Below, one piece after another: positions 27,295 through 35,431 of a stretch of 35,431 bases of DNA. The stretch is from contig JBFMGU010000104.1 of NCBI GenBank assembly GCA_040752415.1, positions 1 to 35,431 on the forward strand, in the 5' to 3' direction. The position numbers were made by a program, and so were the translations under genes. Below the pieces are notes generated by a model. That model was not told where the DNA came from. It saw only the letters and a list, made by a program, of their open reading frames with translations, and searched no databases. Source of the stretch: Myxococcota bacterium. GTDB taxonomy: Bacteria > Myxococcota > JACRCW01. Every line of letters starts with the position of its first letter. The stretch's first letter is position 1.

Positions 27295-29238
27295 TCAACG
27301 CTGCCGCGCAATGTGCTCACCCAGGCGCAACGCCAGCGCCATGATGGTGACCTGCGGATTGACGCCCAGGCTGCTCGGCACCGCGGCCCCGTCGGCCACA
27401 TAGAGCCCCGTGCGACCGTGCACCTCGCCGTTCACGTTGCACACGCCCTCGTCGGGATCCTCGCTCATGCGCGCGGTGCCCAGCGGGTGGAACGCGCTGA
27501 GCTCCACGTCCTCCGCGCCAAAGCGGTAGTTCTGCAACGCGCGCAGCTCCTGGGCGTTGTGCACCTCCGGGAAGCTCGCCAGCGGCGTCAGCACCGTCTT
27601 GGCGCCGGCGGCCAGGAAGATCTCCGCCACCATGGACACGCCCTTGCGGAAGCGTTCCATTTCGTATTCGCCGGGCGTGTAGAACGGCACCACGTCGTTG
27701 CCATTCATGAGCAGGAACCCGTTGGGGTTGTCCTTCACCATGAGCCCGTACGTGGCCAGGCGGTCGTACTGCTCCATCACCGCGGTGTGATGCGCGCCGA
27801 CGTACGGAATGGCCACCGCGCCCACGCTCGGCGGAACAAACGCGCCCTCGAACTTGATGCCATCCAACCCCGGCGCGTCGACACCCAGGCTCTGCGGCAC
27901 GCCCTCCCAACCGCGGATCATCTCGTCCATCAGCGCCATGCACTTGGTGGCCGGGTGCAGCGTCATGTGCTTACCCAGCCCCGGACCGCGCACGCCGGAC
28001 CGCTTGAGCAGCGCGGGCGTGTGCAACGTCCCCGCCGCCACCACCACGTGCGGAGCGCGCACCGTCACCCGTGGACCGTTGCCATGTCCTCGCCCCTCCA
28101 CTCCCACGGCGCGACGTCCCTCCATGCGCACGCGCTGCACCTCCACGTTGCACAACAGCGTGGCGCCCAGCTCGGTGGCCATGGGCAGCCAGCTCTCGTT
28201 CGCGCTGCGCTTGGCGCCCGTGGGACAGCCGAAGCAGCAAATGCCGCTCCCCTCGCAGCCCGGCCCGTTCCGCGGCAGCGGATACGGCGAATAGCCCAGC
28301 TTGCGCGCGCCCCGCGCCACCACCTCGCCGCACTTGCCCAGGTACTGCTCGGGCACCGGCGCAATGGCCAGCACATGCTCCACTTCCTCGAAGTGCGGAC
28401 GAAGCGCTTCCTCACTGAGCTCGGTGAGGCCGCGGGACCAGCGCCACTGCTCCAGCACGCTCGTCGGGGTGCGGAAGCAGGTGCCGCTGTTGATCGTCGT
28501 GGTGCCGCCCGCCACGCGGCCAATGGGCAGCAGGATGCCCGGCACACCCAGCGCAATGGTGACGCCGTCGTCGCGGTACATGAGGCGCGTCATGTCCAGC
28601 GCGTGCCCGGTGAACTGTCCGCGTGCCACGAACGGGCCATCCTCCAGGATCACCACCTTCATGCCCTTGCGCGCGAGCGCATAGGCCGCCGCCGCACCAC
28701 CCGCGCCGCTGCCCACCACCACCGCGTCGGCGTCCAGGGAGATGTCGCCCTCGTCACGTCGGACGTTGCGTGCGTTGCGCGGTGGCGTCGTCGGTGCGTC
28801 GGCGCGCGGCTTGGGAGCGCGGAAGTCCAGCGCCCCGTTGATGCGCGGGTGCCCATAGAAGACGATGAAGAGGAGCGTGGTGGCGCCGCGCAGCAGGGCG
28901 CGCGCGATGAAGAACGGGCTGTCGTGCCACGCGTGCACGTAGGCGGCTTGTTTCTCGTCGGAGAGGCGGGAGAACGGGCGCATCCCGAACCCCGGCAGCA
29001 GGCTGCACAGCTCCAGCACCCACAACAGCACGCGGTAGCCCAGCAGGAACCGCTTGCGTCCCGACGTGAGGAATTGGTCCAGGCTGTCAATGAGCCCGCT
29101 GTCCTCGACGGTGAGACCGAATCGCTGACTGGGCGCAATGACGTGGCGGGCCAGCGCCAGCGCAATCTGACGTTCCCGCGCGGACAATCCTTCCGACGTC
29201 GTCTGGGGCTTCTCATGGACCTGGGCGAGTGCGGACAT
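27295..29238 (-). CDS. GMC family oxidoreductase with N-terminal extension
   Basis: VVGSGAGG, GGTTTINSG, C-x-GSG-x-CCFGCP, LHP, FHPLGTARM, GVNPQVTI. Confidence 0.92.
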   Translation of the reverse strand: MSALAQVHEKPQTTSEGLSARERQIALALARHVIAPSQRFGLTVEDSGLIDSLDQFLTSGRKRFLLGYRVLLWVLELCSLLPGFGMRPFSRLSDEKQAAYVHAWHDSPFFIARALLRGATTLLFIVFYGHPRINGALDFRAPKPRADAPTTPPRNARNVRRDEGDISLDADAVVVGSGAGGAAAAYALARKGMKVVILEDGPFVARGQFTGHALDMTRLMYRDDGVTIALGVPGILLPIGRVAGGTTTINSGTCFRTPTSVLEQWRWSRGLTELSEEALRPHFEEVEHVLAIAPVPEQYLGKCGEVVARGARKLGYSPYPLPRNGPGCEGSGICCFGCPTGAKRSANESWLPMATELGATLLCNVEVQRVRMEGRRAVGVEGRGHGNGPRVTVRAPHVVVAAGTLHTPALLKRSGVRGPGLGKHMTLHPATKCMALMDEMIRGWEGVPQSLGVDAPGLDGIKFEGAFVPPSVGAVAIPYVGAHHTAVMEQYDRLATYGLMVKDNPNGFLLMNGNDVVPFYTPGEYEMERFRKGVSMVAEIFLAAGAKTVLTPLASFPEVHNAQELRALQNYRFGAEDVELSAFHPLGTARMSEDPDEGVCNVNGEVHGRTGLYVADGAAVPSSLGVNPQVTIMALALRLGEHIARQR

Positions 29239-29281
29239 GCCGTTGGCCTACAGGTACGCGCACGTGGCGGTCAAACGGTGC

Positions 29282-31678
29282 TCAGCGTGCGTAGGCGCTG
29301 ACGCAAACAGTGCGGCCGTCCAGCACCACCGTGATGAGGCCATCCTCGTCGGTGCGCCAGATGTCCACGCCGTGCTCGGCCAGGCGACGTACCACGTCGG
29401 GATGTGGGAAGCCCCACGGGTTGCCCGCGCCCACGCCCATCAGCGCATGCCGCGGCTGCACCGCCTCCAGCAGAACCTCCGACGTGGACGTGATGCTCCC
29501 GTGGTGCGGCACCTTGAGCACGTCCGCACGCAGGCGTTCCCGCACCGGCCCCTCCGTCAACATGCGCTCGGCCTCCACCTCGACGTCGCCGGGGAACAAC
29601 ACGCGCGTGCTTCCATGGCTGATGCGCACCACCAGGGAATTGTCATTCTCGTCGAGCTCGGGGAAGAAGCGCGGGGCCTCGGGTCCGTCGCGTGCAGGGA
29701 AAGGGTGCAGCACCTCAAACGTCGCGCCGCCCAACTCCACCGTCGCCACGTGGGCGCCCGCGGGCGGCTCCGGCGTCACCACCCGCGTGCCAACCTCCTT
29801 CACCGTCGTCATCAGCTCCTGGAACTTCGGGTGTCGGGAGGCCTGGCCGTTCCACCACAGCTCCTCGGGCCGCAGCTCCTTCACCAGCGTGATGAGGCCA
29901 TTCATGTGGTCCGGGTGCGGGTGGCTCAGGATCATGAGTCGCAATCGCTGCACGCCGAGCCGCTTCAGGATGGGCAACATCACCGTGCGCCCCGGGTCCA
30001 CCTCGGAGATGAACGACCCGCCGGCATCGATCACGACGGTCTCCCCGCTCGGCAACGTCACAATCGCGCCGTCGCCCTGCCCCACCGGTGCCATGAGGAC
30101 GCGCAGGTTCCCGTCGTGGCGCGGGGGAATGAACGCCACCGCCAGGCTCAAGCCCACCACGCCCAGGCCTGCGCCCACCGCCCACCGTCGTCCCACCGCG
30201 CACAACAACGCCCCGCCCAATCCCGTCGCCACCGCCCACGAAGGAGGCGGAGGCACCTCCAACGTCGCGCCGGGAAGCTGCGCGAACACGACGCACAGAT
30301 CGTGCAGCGCCATGCTCACCGCGCCGGAGGCCTTCACCAGCCACGCCAGGTCCAGCGCGGTGCCCAGCAACGTCGCCACCACCACGGCGGGAAGTGCGAT
30401 TCCTCCCACCGGTACCAGCACCACGTTGCTGAGCGCTGCCCACGGCGCCACGCGACCGAACAGGTGCGCCACCAGCGGCGTCGTCGCCACCACGGCGGCC
30501 ACCGACGTTGCCAGCGTGGCCAGCAGCATGACACCGACGCGCGGCGACTTCTCCGTCGGTGCCATGCTCTCCGCGAGCCCCGGCGCAATCAGCGCCAGCG
30601 AGAGCACCGAGAGGAACGAGAGCAGGAACCCGGCGTCATTCACCGCGCGCGGCTCCAGCGCCAACATGATGAGCGCGCCCGCTCCCAGCGTCTGCACCAC
30701 GGCGCCTTTGCGTCGGATGAGCACGCCCACCATCACCGCCACGGCCATCCACGCCGAGCGCATCACCGACGCCGCGCCGCCCGCGTAGAGCGCGTAGAGG
30801 AAGATCGCTGGGACACACAGCACCGCCGCGGCCGGGCCGGGGTCCCCCAGCGTCAACAGCCACGACGCGCGCCCCCACAACCAGCGGACCAACGCGTACA
30901 ACAGGGCCGCCAGCAGCGTGGCCTGCAACCCGCTCACCGCGAGGAGGTGCGACGCACCCGCGTCGTCGAACACCTTGCGCAGCTCCGGCGTCATGATCGC
31001 GCTGTCACCGAGCACGAACGCCTCGGTGAGCGCCGCCGCGTCGTCGGGAAGCGTGCTGCGGATGAGCACCCGCGTGGCGCGACGCGCGCGCGTCACGACA
31101 TCGACTTCGTCTCCGACGATGGCGAGGTCCAGCTCGTCGTGGATGCTGCCGGTGAGGTCCACGCCCTTGGAGCCCAGGCTCGCTTTGGCGTCGTGGTCGC
31201 CGGGGAAGCGGGAGGTGTGCGGCGCGTGCAGGTGCGCGCGGAAGGCCACGCGGGAGCCTTCGGGTGGCGGTCGCAGCGTGATGGGCAGGCGCAGCACGGT
31301 GCGCGCGGGGAACTGCGTGGCGCCCTCGTCGCTCACCGCGCTCTCGAGTCGCACCAGGATGCGCGCCGGGTGCTCCTCCTGCAGCACGCGCTCCACCACA
31401 CCCACCCAGCGCATGGCGTCCACCGCGGAGAGCTCCTGCGCGTGCTTCACCTGCTCCCTCGCCGAGGATTCCGTCGCTGCGCGGTTGGCGGCGCCCGCCA
31501 CCAGGAACGCGCATCCCCACGTCACCGCGCGCAACGTGAACGGCCCGCGCAGCGCCACGACGCCGAGCGCCGCCAGGGAGGCCAGCCACGGCCACGGTGC
31601 GCCCACGCTGAGCGCGGAGCCCGCGGCAAACATGGCGGCCAGCCACAACAGCGGCGCGTGGAACGCGGATCCCGTCAC
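29282..31678 (-). CDS. comEC: DNA internalization competence protein ComEC/Rec2
   Basis: HLLAVSG, SVMRS, GFLLSF competence domain; C-terminal MBL with VGQGD, SHPHPDH, NDNSLV, PHHGS, WRTD. Confidence 0.93.
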   Translation of the reverse strand: MTGSAFHAPLLWLAAMFAAGSALSVGAPWPWLASLAALGVVALRGPFTLRAVTWGCAFLVAGAANRAATESSAREQVKHAQELSAVDAMRWVGVVERVLQEEHPARILVRLESAVSDEGATQFPARTVLRLPITLRPPPEGSRVAFRAHLHAPHTSRFPGDHDAKASLGSKGVDLTGSIHDELDLAIVGDEVDVVTRARRATRVLIRSTLPDDAAALTEAFVLGDSAIMTPELRKVFDDAGASHLLAVSGLQATLLAALLYALVRWLWGRASWLLTLGDPGPAAAVLCVPAIFLYALYAGGAASVMRSAWMAVAVMVGVLIRRKGAVVQTLGAGALIMLALEPRAVNDAGFLLSFLSVLSLALIAPGLAESMAPTEKSPRVGVMLLATLATSVAAVVATTPLVAHLFGRVAPWAALSNVVLVPVGGIALPAVVVATLLGTALDLAWLVKASGAVSMALHDLCVVFAQLPGATLEVPPPPSWAVATGLGGALLCAVGRRWAVGAGLGVVGLSLAVAFIPPRHDGNLRVLMAPVGQGDGAIVTLPSGETVVIDAGGSFISEVDPGRTVMLPILKRLGVQRLRLMILSHPHPDHMNGLITLVKELRPEELWWNGQASRHPKFQELMTTVKEVGTRVVTPEPPAGAHVATVELGGATFEVLHPFPARDGPEAPRFFPELDENDNSLVVRISHGSTRVLFPGDVEVEAERMLTEGPVRERLRADVLKVPHHGSITSTSEVLLEAVQPRHALMGVGAGNPWGFPHPDVVRRLAEHGVDIWRTDEDGLITVVLDGRTVCVSAYAR

Positions 31679-31757
31679 GACGCGCGCACCCTAGCTTGTC
31701 CGGGTGCTCGGGCGTCCAGCGTTGCTCGCGGGTGGGCGCGTCGACAAAGATGGCGCC

Positions 31758-32300
31758 ATGCCCCTGCCTCCCTGGCCGCAGCTCGGCGAAATCTCGGACC
31801 GCGCGCAATCCGTGCTCGGCGGGGAGGTGACGCTGCATCACCCACCCACGAGCGCGCTGTGGCAGGTGGGCTTTGCGTCCCAGTTCGAGCTCGTGATCCG
31901 GGAGGACGGACAGCTGCACCGCGGTGGTCGTGACCCCCATTGCGCGCCGGTGCTGCTCTGGGCCCACCTGCGCTGCGCGGCGCTCAACAACGCGCTTGGC
32001 TCCGACCTGGACCTCCTGCTCAAGGCGGAGCCCACCATCTCCGTCGTCGACGTGTGGGATCGTCGCCGCGGCGCCCTGTGCGACCACGCGCGCACCCGGG
32101 AAGTGCTCTCCCGCGCCCGGGTGGAGGCGCCGGTGGTGGCCCTGCTGGGCGAGGTGCGCACGCTGGCGGAGTTGACCACGCGCACGGTGGCGTTGGGCGC
32201 GCCGGGTTCCCTCGTCGAGCTGCGACGGGAAGAAGGCGGCGTGGTGGTGGCGCGTGCGCACCTGCGCGTGGGGAGTGCCCGGACCCGGGAGCTGGGTTGA
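31758..32300 (+). CDS. Hypothetical protein resembling a degenerate RNA ligase (Rnl2/PF09414-like) fold
   Basis: Ligase-like segments LGGEV, W-A-H..L..ALG, DVWDR, LAEL, RREEGGVVVARA but no KxDG; stop overlaps fdhD start (TGATG). Confidence 0.55.
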   Translation: MPLPPWPQLGEISDRAQSVLGGEVTLHHPPTSALWQVGFASQFELVIREDGQLHRGGRDPHCAPVLLWAHLRCAALNNALGSDLDLLLKAEPTISVVDVWDRRRGALCDHARTREVLSRARVEAPVVALLGEVRTLAELTTRTVALGAPGSLVELRREEGGVVVARAHLRVGSARTRELG

Positions 32301-33103
32301 TGCAGACGCGCCAGGTCCAGCGTCGTCGCTACACCGGCGCGGAGGTGCACGAGGAGCAGGACCTCGTCGCGGTGGAGGAGCCGCTGGAGATCCGCTTGCG
32401 TGGCCGCGCGGTGGTGGTGCTGTTACGCACGCCCGGCCGCGACGAGGACCTGGCCCTGGGCTTCTGCATCACCGAGGGCCTGCTCCCTCCCGACGTGGGC
32501 GAGGTGGACGTCCGCCCCTGCGAGAACACGCCCGCCGAGGCGCAAGGCAACGTCGTCGAGGTTTTTCCGCCGGCGGGACTGCAGCCCGACTTCTCCCGTC
32601 ACGCGCAACCGCGTTACTCCAACAGCGCGTGCGGCGTGTGCGGCACCGCCACGTTGGACAACCTCCTCCGCAACACACCCGCGCTGCAGGACGCACGCAC
32701 CGCCACCCTCGACGAGCTGCGCCACGCTCCCGACGTGCTCCTCTCCCAGCAGCCCGCCTTCCGCGCCACCGGCGGCCTGCACGCCGCGGGACTCATCGAC
32801 GACACGGGCGCCATGTGTTGCGTGCGTGAGGACGTGGGGCGGCACAACGCCACGGACAAGACGCTGGGCGCGTGGGCGCTGGAGCGTCCCGGACCGGTGC
32901 GGCCGCGGGTCCTCGTGGTGAGCTCGCGCGCGGGCTTCGAGATCGTGGAGAAGGCGCACGTGGCGCGGGTGCCCGTCGTGGTGTGCGTGGGGGCGCCCAC
33001 GTCGTTGGCGGTGGAGACGGCGCAGCGGGCGGGACTGACGTTGTGCGCTTTCGCCGCGCGCGGCGGAATCAGCGTGTATTCACATCCGCAGCGCGTGCGT
33101 TGA
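32300..33103 (+). CDS. fdhD: Formate dehydrogenase accessory sulfurtransferase
   Basis: VAVEEPLEI, RTPG.DEDLALGF..TEG, SACGVCG, TGGLHAA, REDVGRHNA.DK, APTSLA. Confidence 0.95.
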   Translation: MQTRQVQRRRYTGAEVHEEQDLVAVEEPLEIRLRGRAVVVLLRTPGRDEDLALGFCITEGLLPPDVGEVDVRPCENTPAEAQGNVVEVFPPAGLQPDFSRHAQPRYSNSACGVCGTATLDNLLRNTPALQDARTATLDELRHAPDVLLSQQPAFRATGGLHAAGLIDDTGAMCCVREDVGRHNATDKTLGAWALERPGPVRPRVLVVSSRAGFEIVEKAHVARVPVVVCVGAPTSLAVETAQRAGLTLCAFAARGGISVYSHPQRVR

Positions 33104-33131
33104 GGTCGCGCAGCCGCTACGGTCCTGCGCC

Positions 33132-34991
33132 ATGCGCGTTCTTCGCCTGGCCCTCCCCACCCTGCTCCTCCTCGCCGCGTGCCCCACCGACCCCGGTCCC
33201 AGTCCCGGCACCGGTTCGACGTCGTCGGGTGGCGGCGGGGGCAGCACGTCGTCGGGCGGGAGCGGTTCTTCCACCAGCTCGGGCGGTAGCAGCAGCGGGC
33301 AGCAGATTGAGCTGGGCGCATTGTGTCGGGAGCTGCGGGACGGATACCGGCGCGCGGTGCTGCGCACGGTCAACCGCTGCGGCGCCGCCTACCTCGACGA
33401 GGACCTCGAGCGCCTGCGCCCCGTGGGCTGGGACCCGCACGTCTCCAGCACCATCAGCACCGCGCAGAGCAACCTCCTCGCCGCCACCTGTGACCAGTTC
33501 GGCAACCTGCGCGTGTATATCGACCACATCACGCAGAGCATTGACCGTGGCCGCGTGACCTATGACCCCATCGCCGCGTTCAAGTGTCGTGAGGCCTCCA
33601 GCCAACCCAACCTGGCGCAGCGCGACCGCCCACCCTTCCAGTCCGGCACCTTCAACCTGGAGGGCGTGCAGCTCCCCGACGTGTGCAACGAGGTCTTCCA
33701 CGGTCTCGTCGAGGAGGGCGGGGAGTGTGAGCTGACGCATGAGTGCCAGGCCGGCCTGTTCTGTCGTCCCACGCGCGACGATGGAACCGGCGCGGTGTGC
33801 AAGCGCAAGGTCGCGCTGGGCGGCGCGTGCGACGGTCGCGACGAGTGCGAGGGCGACGGCTTCTGCGAGAACGCGGCCTGTCGCGCGCCGCTGGGCAACG
33901 GGGAGAGCTGCCTGGATCCCTACGGCTACACGCTCCCGTGCGGGCCGGGCTTCGTGTGTTCCAACGGCACCTGCAACCCGTATGGCGACGTGGGCGCGTT
34001 GTGCGGCAGCGCCGGCGCGCCGTGCAAGATCGGGCTGGTGTGTGCGCGCAGCGGCAACGGCGTGGATCGTTGTGCCAACCCGATTGCGCAGGGCGGTGAG
34101 TGCGACAATGACACGCAGTGTGCGGACTGCTTGCGCTGCGGCGTGGGCGGCAGCTGTGAGCCGTACCTGATGTTCGGCGAGGGATGCAGCAAGGACGCCG
34201 ATGCGTGCGGCCCGGGCCTGCGCTGCTCCGACGCGAGCCTGTGCGAGGTGGTGCCGCGTGAGGAGGAGCCGTGTCGGGTGGCGTACACGCCCAGCGGCAG
34301 CAGCCAGGGGGACTGCATGTTCATGGACAACTTCTGCCAGCGCGCCAGCGACGACGCGGAGACCGGCACCTGCAAGCCCTTCAGTGCGCAGCTGGGCGAG
34401 CCGTGCGGCTATGCCTCCGACGTGTACCCCTCATGCGGCCAGGGCTACTGCGACAGCACCGAGCGCGGCAGCTGCGTTCGTGCGGCGCGGCTGGGAGAAG
34501 CGTGCACGTCGTGGGGCGGAGAGGAGCCCCCGTGCGACCACGGCTACTGTCGGATCACGGACACCGACGGCGGCACCCTGGGAACGTGCGAGGGCCTGCC
34601 GAACATCGGCGAGCCGTGTGGCACGGGGCAGGACCAGGCGCCCTATTGCCAGACGGGTTTCTGCAAGCGCCTGCTCGACGCGCCCACGGGCACCTGCGCG
34701 GCGCTGCCGGACATCGGCGAGCCGTGCGGCACGGAGAGTCACCTCGCGAGCTATTGCGTGTACGGCGTGTGTTTGATGGCGCCGGAGGCCACGGAGGGCG
34801 AGTGTGGCTACCAGGTTCCGGCCGGCTCACCGTGCCAGTACGACGAGCAGTGCGAGACCTACTACTGCGACCCGCACATCAACCGCTGCATCACGCTGGG
34901 CCAGAGCTGCCAGGGCTGCACGCGATTCGAGCCGGTGCTGTTCATCCTCAGCCTGGGCTTGGTGTACCGCCGCGCCCGTCGGCAACGCTGA
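33132..34991 (+). CDS. Cys-rich repeat lipoprotein with MYXO-CTERM-like C-terminal anchor
   Basis: Lipobox LLLAAC; Gly/Ser linker; many GEPC...C..G.YC repeats; C-terminus SCQGC-hydrophobic-RRARRQR. Confidence 0.85.
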   Translation: MRVLRLALPTLLLLAACPTDPGPSPGTGSTSSGGGGGSTSSGGSGSSTSSGGSSSGQQIELGALCRELRDGYRRAVLRTVNRCGAAYLDEDLERLRPVGWDPHVSSTISTAQSNLLAATCDQFGNLRVYIDHITQSIDRGRVTYDPIAAFKCREASSQPNLAQRDRPPFQSGTFNLEGVQLPDVCNEVFHGLVEEGGECELTHECQAGLFCRPTRDDGTGAVCKRKVALGGACDGRDECEGDGFCENAACRAPLGNGESCLDPYGYTLPCGPGFVCSNGTCNPYGDVGALCGSAGAPCKIGLVCARSGNGVDRCANPIAQGGECDNDTQCADCLRCGVGGSCEPYLMFGEGCSKDADACGPGLRCSDASLCEVVPREEEPCRVAYTPSGSSQGDCMFMDNFCQRASDDAETGTCKPFSAQLGEPCGYASDVYPSCGQGYCDSTERGSCVRAARLGEACTSWGGEEPPCDHGYCRITDTDGGTLGTCEGLPNIGEPCGTGQDQAPYCQTGFCKRLLDAPTGTCAALPDIGEPCGTESHLASYCVYGVCLMAPEATEGECGYQVPAGSPCQYDEQCETYYCDPHINRCITLGQSCQGCTRFEPVLFILSLGLVYRRARRQR

Positions 34992-35067
34992 AGCGCGCGG
35001 GGAGGCGCCTGCAAAGGGGGGAGAGCTGGCCAGCAGAGTGCCCGGCGGCGTTGCGAGCACGTCGTGA

Positions 35068-35326
35068 GCTTTTGCAGGCGAGGTGGGGTGCCTTTGCAGG
35101 CAACCGCGGAGCCCTTGCAAGCAAGGTGGGGCGCCTTTGCAGGCAACCGCGGAGCCCTTGCAAGCAAGGTGGGGAGCCCTTGCAAGCAAGGTGGGGAGCC
35201 CTTGCAAGCAAGGTGGGGAGCCTTTGCAGGCACACCGGGAGCCCTTGCGAGCAGGGTGGGAAGCCTTTGCAGACACGCCGCGAGCCCTTGCAAGCAGGGT
35301 GGGAAGCCCTTTGCAGGCACGGGGGA
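35068..35326 (+). repeat. Tandem array of twelve 21/22-bp units of two subtypes
   Basis: A: GCCTTTGCAGGCAACCGCGGA (21 bp); B: GCCCTTGCAAGCAAGGTGGGGA (22 bp); order b-A-B-A-B-B-B-A-B-A-B-A. Confidence 0.92.
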
Positions 35327-35431
35327 AGCGGATCGGCAAGGGGCCATTGAGCCTAGGGTTGCCTTTTCCCCCTCCCTCTCCGCCTCCCCCTCCCCCTCCC
35401 CTCTTTTTTTCTCCCTCTCGCAGGACGTCAG

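Noticed and set aside
27313..31933. 662-aa and 898-aa plus-strand ORFs
   Set aside because: Antisense shadows of the GMC oxidoreductase and comEC
35068..35326. CRISPR array or repeat-protein CDS (ORFs 34827-35339, 34862-35347)
   Set aside because: No unique spacers; 21/22-bp units shift frame and the ORFs are just translations of the repeat
35395..35424. Eukaryote-like 3' splice site (pyrimidine tract + CAG)
   Set aside because: Context is clearly bacterial with overlapping operonic genes; coincidental

Overview
High-GC bacterial DNA, very likely Myxococcota (DifA-like MCP, MYXO-CTERM-like tail, Cys-rich lipoproteins); all protein calls are from motif recognition, no searches were run. Left to right: a truncated Pro-rich exported protein and a dipeptide epimerase; an ~11 kb minus-strand surface-glycan cluster (NAD epimerase, HddC-GmhB-kinase triple fusion, HddA, methyltransferase, DPM-like GT2, GmhA, GT-C-like membrane protein, two membrane-anchored F-type-lectin-like proteins with His replaced by Cys in the sugar motif) interrupted by an opposite-strand Cys-rich lipoprotein; an orphan FitA-like RHH gene; a beta-prism-like lipoprotein; a stand-alone DifA-like chemoreceptor; a calpain-like protease with a small partner; an ~0.9 kb GTAG-REP/BIME-like inverted repeat element; a co-oriented run eutB-eutC-eutL-small ORF-fatty acid desaturase-exported phospholipase D; then Cys-rich lipoproteins, a GMC oxidoreductase, comEC, a probable catalytically dead RNA-ligase homologue coupled to fdhD, and a 12-unit 21/22-bp tandem array. 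The best candidates for undescribed systems are the PLD/desaturase/minimal-Eut module (possible phosphatidylethanolamine scavenging with a single shell gene) and the possible lipid-carrier heptosylation cluster with variant lectins.
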